A stretch of DNA of 64,000 nucleotides, taken from NCBI GenBank assembly GCA_002314935.1, contig DCHW01000064.1, positions 3,022-67,021 on the forward strand, written 5' to 3'. Positions 11,496-21,173 of the stretch are shown in pieces. The notes beneath the pieces were generated by a model that saw nothing but the letters and a program-made list of their open reading frames with translations, ran no database searches and had not been told where the DNA came from. The position numbers were made by a program, and so were the translations under genes. Positions within the stretch are counted from its first letter, which is position 1. Every line of letters begins with the position of its first letter. The DNA is from Clostridiales bacterium UBA1742 (GTDB lineage: Bacteria; Bacillota; Clostridia; TANB77; CAG-508).

Positions 11496-11831
11496 ATGTA
11501 TAGAAGTTATAGAACTTGTTGTAATTGTAATCAAAATACTAATAATCAAAATCAAATTGAAAATACTTGCAATTACGTAAGCAATGAAACATATACTGAT
11601 TCATGTAGCTGTGGATTTGATGAAGAAAATGGATATTTTCCTAGTAATCCAATGTATGCACAAAGTTATGTACCGTGGCAAATTTTAAATAAAACATTTA
11701 CACCAGAAGTTGGATTAAAAATGGGAACGATATTTCCAGAATTAGTAAGCCCATATATGCCAGGAGATTCAATGGCGGAAATAGAATATTTAAAAAATTC
11801 TAATATAATAGGAGAGGGGTGCAATAAATGA
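11496..11831 (+). CDS. cotJA: spore coat-associated protein CotJA
   Basis: CotJA motifs YVPWQ...GTIFPEL..PY. Heads the cotJABC operon, with a strong RBS AAAAGGAGGA. Confidence 0.65.
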   Translation: MYRSYRTCCNCNQNTNNQNQIENTCNYVSNETYTDSCSCGFDEENGYFPSNPMYAQSYVPWQILNKTFTPEVGLKMGTIFPELVSPYMPGDSMAEIEYLKNSNIIGEGCNK

Positions 11832-12115
11832 TGGAATATCAAGAAGGTTTAAGAAATAATTGTGAAAATACAACTAGAGAAGAAATGATTAATCAAATTA
11901 AAAGTTTAAAATTTTCTATAATAGAATTAGGATTATATTTAGATACTCATCCTGAAGATAAAAAAGCTATATGTATGCATAAAGAATACTGTAAACAGTT
12001 AAAAGATATAGAAGATAAATATCAAAAAATGTATGGACCACTTACTATTTATTGGCCTTGTAATAAATGGAGATGGCTTGAAACTCCATGGCCATGGGAA
12101 AGGGGGAATTATTAA
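11828..12115 (+). CDS. cotJB: spore coat protein CotJB
   Basis: CotJB signature LDTHPED...YGPLT...WPWE. Confidence 0.7.
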   Translation: MMEYQEGLRNNCENTTREEMINQIKSLKFSIIELGLYLDTHPEDKKAICMHKEYCKQLKDIEDKYQKMYGPLTIYWPCNKWRWLETPWPWERGNY

Positions 12116-12528
12116 TGTGGACATATAATAAAGTTCTTGAATATCCAATTAATATAAAATGTAGTAATCCTAAATTAGCTAAATTTATTATTTCACAATA
12201 TGGAGGTCCAGATGGGGAGATAGGAGCTTCTTTAAGATATTTAAGTCAAAGATTTGGAATGCCAGATCAAAAGGCAAAAGCAATATTAAATGATATTGGT
12301 ACAGAAGAGTTAGCACATTTAGAAATGGTTGGAACGATTGTGCATCAATTAACTGATGGTGTATCTGCAGAAGAAATGGAAAAAATGGGATTAGGTGCAT
12401 ATTATACAGATCATGGATTAGGAGTATATCCACAAGCTGCAGCTGGATGGCCATGGAATGCTGCAACAATTGCAGTAAAAGGAGATCCTATTGCGGATTT
12501 ACAAGAAGATTTAGCAGCAGATAAATAA
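12115..12528 (+). pseudogene. cotJC: cotJC (manganese-catalase-family spore coat protein), 5' portion (144 codons) truncated by element insertion; 3' portion at 58689..58874
   Basis: MWTYNKVLEYP...GDPIADLQEDLAA aligns with CotJC up to the insertion point. The missing C-terminus (EQKARATYEKII...LRFLRERE) is found 46 kb downstream. Joining the two at the shared GA restores the frame. Confidence 0.75.
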
Positions 12529-12859
12529 TATTTTTAATGCAACTCTACGAAAAAAGGTTTGAAAAAATCTCTAAAAGTATTGAAAAGTCGCACTTTTTTA
12601 AAATGGCAAAGTATAAAAATAGTTGCACTAATAACCTTTCTAATCTAACAAAGGTTTCAAAGTGCAACCGAAATTAAAGATGTACAAATTGCTAAAAACT
12701 ACTGAAAATAGGCATTATCGCAAAAATGATATTGCTTATTTTTTTTATGAATTTTAATAAAAAATGTGAGATTTTTATCAATTTTAAAATAGGTTATCAA
12801 AAATGACCTATATAAAAAATGACAAAAATTTGAAAAAAAAATGAAAGGAGAGTGAAATT

Positions 12860-13660
12860 TTGGATGGAGAAAATAAACCGAATTATTTTGCAATTATACC
12901 AGCAAATGTTAGGTATGATAAAGAACTAACTGATAAAGCTAAACTCTTATATGCTGAAATTACAAGTTTAAGTAATAAGATGGGATATTGTTTTGCAAGT
13001 AATAAATATTTTGCTGATTTATATAATTGTACGGCACGTTCTATACAAAATGCTATTTCTAAATTACAAGAAAAAGGATACATATTTACAGAAATAGAAA
13101 ACAACTATGAAAGAAAAATTTATATTTCTTCATCTGTAAACTATGAAAAAAATATATTAAATAGGTATGAAAAAAATTTCGTAGGGGGGTATGAAAAAAA
13201 TTTCAGTAATAATAATATAAATAATAATATGATAGATAGATTATTTAATTATATTTTAAATAATAAAAACGAATTTCCAAAAGAATTTAAAAATGTTGAT
13301 TTTATAGAAATTGATAAGCTATTGGAAAGATACGAGATGAAATATAATTCAGAGGTTATTAAATATATAAGTGAAGTTAATTTAGAAAAAATAAAATATA
13401 TAACGTATGCAATATGTTTAATGGTAAAAGATAAATTACAACACTTAAATTATAAAGTAAGCAGAGATAAATTAATTAAAATATATGATGATTGTAAAAA
13501 TAAAGAATTAGAAAATAAAGATACTGAATTAGAAATTGCAAATTTCATGAATTATTATTATAAAAGTATAGTTAATGAATTAGTGAAGGAAAAAAGTAGT
13601 CCTTCTTTTTTTATACCTAAAAACGAAGAAATTGAAGATATTGGAGGGTTTGATATATGA
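12860..13660 (+). CDS. RepA_N-family replication initiator / HTH protein
   Basis: The N-terminus NYFAIIPANVRYD...AKLLYAEITSLSNKMGYCFASNKYFADL...SIQNAISKLQEKGYI matches the firmicute RepA_N domain. Confidence 0.7.
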   Translation: MDGENKPNYFAIIPANVRYDKELTDKAKLLYAEITSLSNKMGYCFASNKYFADLYNCTARSIQNAISKLQEKGYIFTEIENNYERKIYISSSVNYEKNILNRYEKNFVGGYEKNFSNNNINNNMIDRLFNYILNNKNEFPKEFKNVDFIEIDKLLERYEMKYNSEVIKYISEVNLEKIKYITYAICLMVKDKLQHLNYKVSRDKLIKIYDDCKNKELENKDTELEIANFMNYYYKSIVNELVKEKSSPSFFIPKNEEIEDIGGFDI

Positions 13661-14376
13661 AATTAGTGAAGTTTATTGTAATTTTTTTAATAATTATATC
13701 AATTGTAATTTCAGGTTATTGTTTGATACTCATAATTAAAGATATGGAAGAAGATGAAGCAAATGAAAGTGATTTAATTGAATTAGAAAATACTATTATT
13801 AAAGAAAAAGAAGATAACAAAATAATAGATTGGAATGAATTAAAATCTATAAATGAAGATATGGTTGCTTGGATTGAAATCGAAAATACACCAATAAATT
13901 ATCCTATATTAAAAGATAATAATAACTTGTATTATTTAAAACATAACTTCAATAAAAAATATAACAGTAATGGGTCTATATTCACTTTAAATAAAGATTT
14001 TATACAAGATGATGAAGTTGTTATATATGGACACAATATGAGAAATAAAACAATGTTTTCAATTTTAGGTAATTACTTAAATACTAATTTTTTAAAAGAA
14101 CATCAAATAATAAAAATATATACTGAAAACAAAAATTATATTGCAACGATATTTAGTTGTTATTCAATAGGTGTTAATGAAGAAAGTAAAAATATACGCA
14201 AATTAAGTTATGAAGATAGAATTTCATATTATAAAAACAAAAGTAATATTGATACAGAAAACATAGATGATACGGGAAAGATAATTAAATTATCTACTTG
14301 TTCATATATAAATGTAAAAACAATACCAACAGATCAACGATATTATGTTGTTGCAATGATGAAGGAGGTAGAATGA
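13657..14376 (+). CDS. sortase (class B-like)
   Basis: N-terminal TM segment, catalytic His in VVIYGHNM, and catalytic Cys in the LSTCSY (TLxTC) motif. Confidence 0.7.
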   Translation: MKLVKFIVIFLIIISIVISGYCLILIIKDMEEDEANESDLIELENTIIKEKEDNKIIDWNELKSINEDMVAWIEIENTPINYPILKDNNNLYYLKHNFNKKYNSNGSIFTLNKDFIQDDEVVIYGHNMRNKTMFSILGNYLNTNFLKEHQIIKIYTENKNYIATIFSCYSIGVNEESKNIRKLSYEDRISYYKNKSNIDTENIDDTGKIIKLSTCSYINVKTIPTDQRYYVVAMMKEVE

Positions 14377-14591
14377 AAAACGTACTTGAAAAGAAATTAA
14401 TCAAACTTGAAAAAGAAAAAGGTAAATTAGTTGAAGAACGACAAAAAGTTCAAGAAAAGATAGATATTTATGAAGGTCGCTTAAAGAAAATGAATTTATT
14501 TAAAAATGAATATGAAAAAATTGATAACAAAGTAAAAGATTTTTTTGAGAAGTTAGAAGGTGTTAAAACAAATGACAGAACAGGAAAATGA
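14373..14591 (+). CDS. small coiled-coil protein
   Basis: ATG at 14373 follows RBS AAGGAGGTAG. 72 aa, Lys/Glu-rich. Confidence 0.35.
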   Translation: MKNVLEKKLIKLEKEKGKLVEERQKVQEKIDIYEGRLKKMNLFKNEYEKIDNKVKDFFEKLEGVKTNDRTGK

Positions 14592-15120
14592 ATTACTAGA
14601 AATGTATATTGAATACATTAGAAAAAGAAATTTGATTATTTTTATTATTGTTTTTGTTGTGGTAGCTTTAGGAATATTTGGACTTTATAAATTTAAAACT
14701 CTTAATAATAATGTTGAAGAATCAAATGTAATAGAAGAAGTTATTAAGGAAGAAAATATTATAAAGGAAGAAGTTAAAGTAGAAAACAATGTTGAAATTA
14801 AAGAGCAAAAAGTTGAAGAAAACAAACAAACACAAAATGTTGAAAATACTACAATTAGCAATGAAAAAATAGAAACTGAAAAAAAGGAGGAGGATAAAAA
14901 AGAAAAAACTGAAAAAGTAGAGAACAAGAAACAAGAAAGTTCTCCAGCAGTATCAAAGAAATATGAAAATAAGGATTTTCTTTTTAAAGATGGATATACA
15001 ATGGAAAATGTTACACAGGCTGCACAGGACTATTTAAAGAAAAGTGGACAAGCAGGTCAATGTATTCCAATAAAAGATAATGAAGGTATTTATATTGGAA
15101 TGAGAGTTATTTTTAATTAA
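14572..15120 (+). CDS. membrane-anchored protein with Glu/Lys-rich linker and C-terminal globular domain
   Basis: TM helix IIFIIVFVVVALGIFGLY, then a low-complexity E/K/N region. Start placed at the ATG at 14572. Confidence 0.4.
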   Translation: MTEQENELLEMYIEYIRKRNLIIFIIVFVVVALGIFGLYKFKTLNNNVEESNVIEEVIKEENIIKEEVKVENNVEIKEQKVEENKQTQNVENTTISNEKIETEKKEEDKKEKTEKVENKKQESSPAVSKKYENKDFLFKDGYTMENVTQAAQDYLKKSGQAGQCIPIKDNEGIYIGMRVIFN

Positions 15121-15176
15121 GGGGCTGACAAAATAAAAAGAACACGTTATTATTAAATTAAGGAAGGTGATTAGTT

Positions 15177-15887
15177 ATGAAAAATAAAGTAATTATAATA
15201 ACTATAATAATGTGTTTAATAGTAGGTTTATGTGTTGGTATTCAAGTAATTAGAAATAAAAAGAATGTAGAAAATATTGAAGTTGTAGAAGAAAATATGA
15301 TTAATGAAAATGATATTGCTCAAAGCGAAGAAATAATTGAAAATACTGAAATCAAGGAAGTGATAGATGAAGAAAAGCAAGTTAGTGAACAAGTTGAATT
15401 AAAAGAAGAAAGTAAAATAGAAATTCAACAAAAACAAGAAAAAGTTGTAACAAATCAAAATACAACACAAGTAAAAAATAATAATGATAATACTAAAAAG
15501 GAAGTGGTAACTGAAAAAGTAAAAGAAGAAACAAAAGTAAATACTGAAAATAAAAGTACACAAGTACAAGAACAAAATGTAAATAAAGTGCCAGAAAATA
15601 TAGGAACAAAAGTAGAAACAATTGAAACTAAAAAAGAAGTTAAAGAACCGGAAAAACCTAAATGCACAGATACAAAACATGGTGTAGGAGTAGGTAATTC
15701 AAATAAGTGGTTTAATAGTTATAATGAGGCACTTTCATATTATGATAATTTAATATTAGGTTATAGTAATAAAGTACATAATGGAGAAATTACATTTGAA
15801 GAATATAATAAGCAATGTCCATGTGGTTATGAAATTTGGAGTTGCCAGTATTGTGGTAAATGGACTTTAAATTATTATATGAGATAA
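15177..15887 (+). CDS. membrane-anchored Glu/Lys-rich protein with Cys-rich C-terminal domain
   Basis: N-terminal TM segment, an E/K/Q-rich spacer, and a C-terminus with CxC...CxxC. Confidence 0.4.
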   Translation: MKNKVIIITIIMCLIVGLCVGIQVIRNKKNVENIEVVEENMINENDIAQSEEIIENTEIKEVIDEEKQVSEQVELKEESKIEIQQKQEKVVTNQNTTQVKNNNDNTKKEVVTEKVKEETKVNTENKSTQVQEQNVNKVPENIGTKVETIETKKEVKEPEKPKCTDTKHGVGVGNSNKWFNSYNEALSYYDNLILGYSNKVHNGEITFEEYNKQCPCGYEIWSCQYCGKWTLNYYMR

Positions 15888-15958
15888 TTAAATATATTTT
15901 ATTAAGAGCAGGTAGAGATACTTGTTCTTTTTTATTAGAAAAAAAGGAGGAATATTAA

Positions 15959-18900
15959 ATGTTAAAAAAATTAAAAGGCAAAAGAATTATTGCTTTTTTC
16001 TTACTAATGATAACATTATTAAGTACAATACAACCAGTTTTTGCAGCATCAGGAACAGGTAAATGGGTAGGAGGACAATTCGCTTCATTTATTAAAACAA
16101 CTGATAATGCAAATACTCAATATGGTGTTTTATTAAGAAGATTAATAAATTATACAACTAATGAGCAAAGAACAGTATTTTGTGCAGAGCATGGAGTAGA
16201 TTTTGATACAGGAACAGTTTACAATGGTAGTTATTATACACCAGTTGATTCAAAATTAAGAAAAGCTTGTAAAGTAGCTTATTTAGGATGGTATAAACAA
16301 CAGGGGAATTATGTTGTAGATGGAGGAACATCATCTGCATTAAAGAAACAATATGTTTTAACACAACAATTAATTTGGGAAACATTAGGACAAAGTAATG
16401 CAACTTTTATTGATAGTGGTATTCAAGCTGAATTTGTTAGCTTTAAAAATAATATTGAAAATCAAATAGCACAAATGGATAAAAGACCAAGTTTTGATGC
16501 AACTACAATAAATGTTCAAGCGGGAGAAAGTAAAACAATAAATGATTCTAATGGGGTTTTATCAGCTTATCCAAGTTTAGATAAAACAACAAATGGAATT
16601 AGAGTTCAACATACAAGTGGAAGTAATTCTATGACAATTACAGTAGATGAAAATACTACTTTAGAAAACTATGTAATAACAGACGCAGACTTTAAGTCAT
16701 GGGGAATGATAAAAGATGGAACAGAAGATAAGGATTCAATGGTATTTTTTGAATTTGCAAGTGGAGTTCAAAATCAATTATATTCAATGGCATATAATGA
16801 TCCAATAACTTTAAGCATAGCATTAAAAATTGAAGCATTTGGTAAGTTAGAATTATCAAAATTAAATACAAATGGGGATTTAGTAAATGGTGCAGTTTTC
16901 AAAGTAAGAGGAGCAAATGATTATAACAAAGATGTTACAGTTACAAATGGAAAAATCACTATTGATAAATTGAAAAAAGGAACTTATACAATAAATGAAA
17001 TATCAGTGCCTTATGGATATTTAATAGATACAAAGTCTTATGATGTTGAAGTTAAGGTAAATCAAACAGCAACAAAAGCAGTAGTAAATGAAGAACCAAT
17101 AGGAGAAATCAAAGCATATAAAACAGATAACTATGATAACAAATTAAAAGGTGCAGAAATATCTTTATATGCAAGAGAAGATATAAAAAATGTTGCAGGA
17201 ACAATTACATGGCATAAAAAAGGGGAATTTATTACAAAAGCTATTACTAATGATGATGGAATGGTACAATTCTCTAATTTACATTTAGGAAAATACTATG
17301 TAAAAGAAACAAATGCTCCAGAAGGTTATTTATTAAATAATAAAGAATTTGATACAGAATTAAAATACAAAGACGCAAATACAAAAGTAATATATATTGA
17401 TGTTACAGGAATAAAAGATGAAGAGCCAACAGGTATAATTACAATAATTAAGAAAGATTCAGAAACAGGATCAGTACCACAGGGAGATGCAACATTTAAT
17501 GGTGCAGTTTATAAAGTTTATGCAGCAGAAGATATATATAATAAAGCAAAAACTAAAAAATTCTATTCTAATGGGGATTTAGTTGCAACAAGAACAATGA
17601 ATGTAAAAGGAGAAACAGAAGATATAACAAATCTTCCTTTAGGAAAATATGTTGTAAAAGAAGAAAATGCTCCAATAGGATATATGTTAGATAAAAATAC
17701 TTATAATGTTGAATTAAAGTATAAAGATCAATACACAAAAGTAATAACAGATACTAAAACAAGTTTAGAAAATGTTAAGAAAATGGGAGTTCACATTTTT
17801 AAATCAGGAATAAAAACTAATTCAGGAGAAACACCGGGATTAGAAGGTGCAGAATTTACAATAAAGTTAAATTCAGCAGTAGAAAAAGCATACGAAAAAG
17901 GATACACTTATGCAGAAGTTTGGAATGGAATTGATGAAAACGGAAATCAAGTAAATGTAAATAGTAAAAGAGTATCAGAGGCACAAGCAATAGCACCTAG
18001 TTATGAAACAATTAAAACTGATAAAGATGGTAACGCATATACTCAAAAGAATTTACCTTATGGAAAATATATTGTAAAAGAAACTAAAACACCAACAGAT
18101 TATGAAACAGCAGTTGATTTTACATTTTCTATTACTGATGACGAGTCAGAAATTAAAGAAGTAGCAAAGAAAACAAAACATTTAGTAGTAAATAACGAAC
18201 AATTAGAAACATATATTAAGCTAATCAAAAAGGATTTAAAAACAGATAAACTTGTTACATTAAATTCTACAACATTTGAAATAAAAGCTACAAAAGATAT
18301 ATATGATAGAGCTACTAAAAAAATATTATTCAAAAAAGGTGAATCTATTTCTCAAAAAATAGGAAATACAACATATACATCATTTACAACTAATGCAGAT
18401 AATATTGTAGTTCCAGACAATTCATTTAATAGTAAAAATGATGACAAAGCAACAACTACAACACCTTTAAAATTACCAGTAGGAAGTTATGAAATAACAG
18501 AAATAAAAGTTCCAACTGGATTTTTACAATTAGATAAATCAGTTACATTTGAAATAAAAAATGTAAAAGATTATGATACAGACAAAGATGGAGATTTTAT
18601 AAAAGAAGTTGTTATTAAAAATGAACAACCAACAGGAACAATTAAATTAGATAAAATTATAGCTTTAAGAAAAGAAGCAGATAAATCTTTAATTGATACA
18701 TCAGATTTATCTGGTATAGAATTTAAACTATCAGCAAAAGAAAATATTATTGATATGGCAGATGGAAGTGTTATTTATAAAAAAGGACAAGAAATTAAAA
18801 AATATAATCTTTCTAAAGATGGAAAACTTGCAATAGCAAATCTTCCAATGGGAACTTATGAAATTGAAGAAAACAAAACTTTAGATGGACTTATATTAAA

Positions 18901-20713
18901 TAAAACAAAATATGAAGTTAAATTTGAACAAAAAGATTTAGTTACAAAAGTATATGAAAAAAAATTAGAAATATCAAATGAAACAACATTAGTAGAATTT
19001 TCAAAAACTGATATTACAGGAGATAAAGAACTAATAGGAGCAAAACTTACAGTATTAGATAATGAAAATAATGTTATAGATAGTTGGAAATCAACAGAAA
19101 AAACACATAAAATTGAAGGATTAACAATTGGAAAAGAATATACACTAAAAGAAGAAATTGCTCCAGAAGGTTATGTAGTTGCAACAAGCATTAAATTTAT
19201 TATAAAAGATACAAATGAAATCCAAAAAGTAAATATGATAGACAAAATAGTTGAAATGTCAAAAGTAGATATTGCAGGAGAAGAAATAGAAGGTGCAACA
19301 ATTCAAGTATTAGATAAAGATAACAAAGTAGTTGATGAATGGGTATCAGGAAAAGAACCACATAAAATCAAAAATCTAGTTGAAGGCGAAACATATATAT
19401 TACACGAAGAAATAGTTGCAGATTCTTATGTAAAAGCAACAGATATTGAATTTACAGTAACAACTGACAAAGAAACTCAAAAATTAGTTATGATAGATAA
19501 AATAGTTGAAATGTCAAAAGTGGATATTGCAGGCGAAGAAATAGAAGGTGCAACAATTCAAGTATTAGATAAAGACAACAAAGTAGTTGATGAATGGGTA
19601 TCAGAAAAAGAGCCACATAAAATCAAAAATTTAGTTGAAGGTCAAACTTATATATTACACGAAGAAATAGTTGCAGATTCTTATGTAAAAGCAACTGATA
19701 TTGAATTTACAGTAACAATTGATAAAGAAACTCAAAAATTAGTTATGATAGACAAAATAGTTGAAATGTCAAAAGTAGATATTGCAGGCGAAGAAATAGA
19801 AGGTGCAACAATTCAAGTATTAGATAAAGATAACAAAATAGTTGATGAATGGGTATCAGGAAAAGAACCACACAAAATTAAAAATTTAGTTGAAGGTGAA
19901 ACTTATACATTACACGAAGAAGTAGTTGCAGATTCTTATGTAAAAGCTACAGATATTGAATTTACAGTAATAAATGACAAAGAAACACAAAAACTAGAAA
20001 TGATAGATAAAATACTAGAAGTTTCTAAAACTGATTTTGTAACAGGCGAAGAATTAGAAGGTGCAAAATTACAAGTAACTGATGAAGAAGGCAATATTAT
20101 TGATGAATGGGTATCAGGTAAAGAACCTCATAAAGTAGTTGGTTTAGAAGAAGGTAAGAAATATGTATTAACAGAAATAACTTGCCCTTATGGATTTGAA
20201 ATTGCAGAAGCTATTGAATTTACAGTAAGTTACGAAAAAGAAAATCAAAAAATAGAAATGAAAGATATGCCTATATTGAGTTCTATAAGAGTTGAAAAAA
20301 TAGACAAAGATACAGGAGAACATATTAAGTCTAATAAATTTGTATTTGGAATTTATGAAGATGAAGAATGTACTAAACTAATAAAAGAAGTTGGTGCAAA
20401 TATATTTGAAGGTACTGCATTATTTGAAGATTTAAGATATGGAACATATTATATCAAAGAAAATAAAGCGCCACTTGGTTATTCATTATCTAAACAAATT
20501 GTAAAAGTTGAGATAAATGAAAATGGAGTATTTGCAGATGGTGTTTCACTTGAAGAAAATGAAGGAATATACAGTTTTGAATATTACAATACATTATTAC
20601 CAATAATACAAACAGGAAAAGAATATACAAATCAAATATTATTTGGAATAGCTATTGTTTCAAGTATAATTGCATTAGCAGGTATAATTATTTTAAAAAA
20701 GAAAAATAAATAA
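15959..20713 (+). CDS. giant cell-wall-anchored adhesin with repeated Cna-B/SpaA-type isopeptide domains and a C-terminal sorting signal
   Basis: Signal peptide MLKKLKGKRIIAFFLLMITLLSTIQPVFA. Many roughly 85-aa repeats of the form GYxL...KVEIxNEPTG. C-terminal ...IIQTGKE, then a hydrophobic helix and a KKKNK tail. Confidence 0.75.
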   Translation: MLKKLKGKRIIAFFLLMITLLSTIQPVFAASGTGKWVGGQFASFIKTTDNANTQYGVLLRRLINYTTNEQRTVFCAEHGVDFDTGTVYNGSYYTPVDSKLRKACKVAYLGWYKQQGNYVVDGGTSSALKKQYVLTQQLIWETLGQSNATFIDSGIQAEFVSFKNNIENQIAQMDKRPSFDATTINVQAGESKTINDSNGVLSAYPSLDKTTNGIRVQHTSGSNSMTITVDENTTLENYVITDADFKSWGMIKDGTEDKDSMVFFEFASGVQNQLYSMAYNDPITLSIALKIEAFGKLELSKLNTNGDLVNGAVFKVRGANDYNKDVTVTNGKITIDKLKKGTYTINEISVPYGYLIDTKSYDVEVKVNQTATKAVVNEEPIGEIKAYKTDNYDNKLKGAEISLYAREDIKNVAGTITWHKKGEFITKAITNDDGMVQFSNLHLGKYYVKETNAPEGYLLNNKEFDTELKYKDANTKVIYIDVTGIKDEEPTGIITIIKKDSETGSVPQGDATFNGAVYKVYAAEDIYNKAKTKKFYSNGDLVATRTMNVKGETEDITNLPLGKYVVKEENAPIGYMLDKNTYNVELKYKDQYTKVITDTKTSLENVKKMGVHIFKSGIKTNSGETPGLEGAEFTIKLNSAVEKAYEKGYTYAEVWNGIDENGNQVNVNSKRVSEAQAIAPSYETIKTDKDGNAYTQKNLPYGKYIVKETKTPTDYETAVDFTFSITDDESEIKEVAKKTKHLVVNNEQLETYIKLIKKDLKTDKLVTLNSTTFEIKATKDIYDRATKKILFKKGESISQKIGNTTYTSFTTNADNIVVPDNSFNSKNDDKATTTTPLKLPVGSYEITEIKVPTGFLQLDKSVTFEIKNVKDYDTDKDGDFIKEVVIKNEQPTGTIKLDKIIALRKEADKSLIDTSDLSGIEFKLSAKENIIDMADGSVIYKKGQEIKKYNLSKDGKLAIANLPMGTYEIEENKTLDGLILNKTKYEVKFEQKDLVTKVYEKKLEISNETTLVEFSKTDITGDKELIGAKLTVLDNENNVIDSWKSTEKTHKIEGLTIGKEYTLKEEIAPEGYVVATSIKFIIKDTNEIQKVNMIDKIVEMSKVDIAGEEIEGATIQVLDKDNKVVDEWVSGKEPHKIKNLVEGETYILHEEIVADSYVKATDIEFTVTTDKETQKLVMIDKIVEMSKVDIAGEEIEGATIQVLDKDNKVVDEWVSEKEPHKIKNLVEGQTYILHEEIVADSYVKATDIEFTVTIDKETQKLVMIDKIVEMSKVDIAGEEIEGATIQVLDKDNKIVDEWVSGKEPHKIKNLVEGETYTLHEEVVADSYVKATDIEFTVINDKETQKLEMIDKILEVSKTDFVTGEELEGAKLQVTDEEGNIIDEWVSGKEPHKVVGLEEGKKYVLTEITCPYGFEIAEAIEFTVSYEKENQKIEMKDMPILSSIRVEKIDKDTGEHIKSNKFVFGIYEDEECTKLIKEVGANIFEGTALFEDLRYGTYYIKENKAPLGYSLSKQIVKVEINENGVFADGVSLEENEGIYSFEYYNTLLPIIQTGKEYTNQILFGIAIVSSIIALAGIIILKKKNK
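19241..20005 (+). repeat. Three near-identical tandem 255-bp (85-codon) repeats inside the adhesin gene
   Basis: Units begin at about 19241, 19496 and 19751 (IDKIVEMSKVDIAGEEIEGATIQVLDKDNK...). More diverged copies flank them on both sides. Confidence 0.8.
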
Positions 20714-20723
20714 TAATTTTTAA

Positions 20724-20765
20724 TGAGCTATAATTTTTTAATTAAAGTTATAGCTCTTTTTTCGT
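20724..20765 (+). terminator. rho-independent terminator after the adhesin gene
   Basis: Perfect 9-bp stem GAGCTATAA/TTATAGCTC followed by TTTTTT. Confidence 0.7.
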
Positions 20766-20784
20766 TAAAGGAGGGATTTTTAAT

Positions 20785-21172
20785 AGAAACAAAAACTTTT
20801 TATAGTAGTAATGAGTTGCTACAATTATTAGATGATTTAATAGAAGAAGGAACATATTATTATCTTTATGGAGAAGAATATTTAGACGAAGTTAAACAAT
20901 ATCAGGGAATAAGTAGAATGTTAATGATTGATATAAAAAAGGCTGTAAAAAGAATTGAAGTTAGTAAATATATGAAATTTACATTAAGCGAGAAATACGG
21001 AAAAGAAGAAATATACAATTTAATAAAAATACTAGAATATAAAGAAGTGTTTATATTGTGTATAGTCTATAATCCTAAAATTAGTGAATTTTGTATGATT
21101 TTTAAAGGAAGTCCTAATGATTCAAGTTTAGAACGATTTATAAATGATTTTTTAGAAATGGAGAGTTATTAG
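20785..21172 (+). CDS. hypothetical protein (start uncertain; possibly a non-canonical ATA following RBS AAGGAGGG)
   Basis: The ORF is open from 20766, but the annotated ATG at 20723 lies inside the terminator hairpin. A strong RBS lies at 20768-20775. The first canonical start in frame is the TTG at about 20813. Confidence 0.35.
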
Positions 21173-21173
21173 T

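Noticed and set aside
12699-12893. Minus-strand 64-aa ORF at the element's left end
   Set aside because: It overlaps the att/inverted-repeat region and the RepA_N promoter, and has no RBS.
14685-15680. Minus-strand ORFs (14685..14927, 14722..14934, 15399..15680, 15455..15667) encoding Phe/Ser/Leu-rich peptides
   Set aside because: They are antisense to the Glu/Lys-rich coding regions of the plus-strand genes; low-complexity mirror ORFs, not genes.
18984-20260. Regularly spaced 255-bp repeats that could be mistaken for a CRISPR-like array
   Set aside because: The repeats are long, in-frame, and encode adhesin domains; there are no short direct repeats with unique spacers.
20723-20784. ATG at 20723 as the start of the ORF after the adhesin
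   Set aside because: The ATG and first 14 codons lie inside the perfect terminator hairpin of the adhesin gene; the real start must be downstream of the RBS at 20768.
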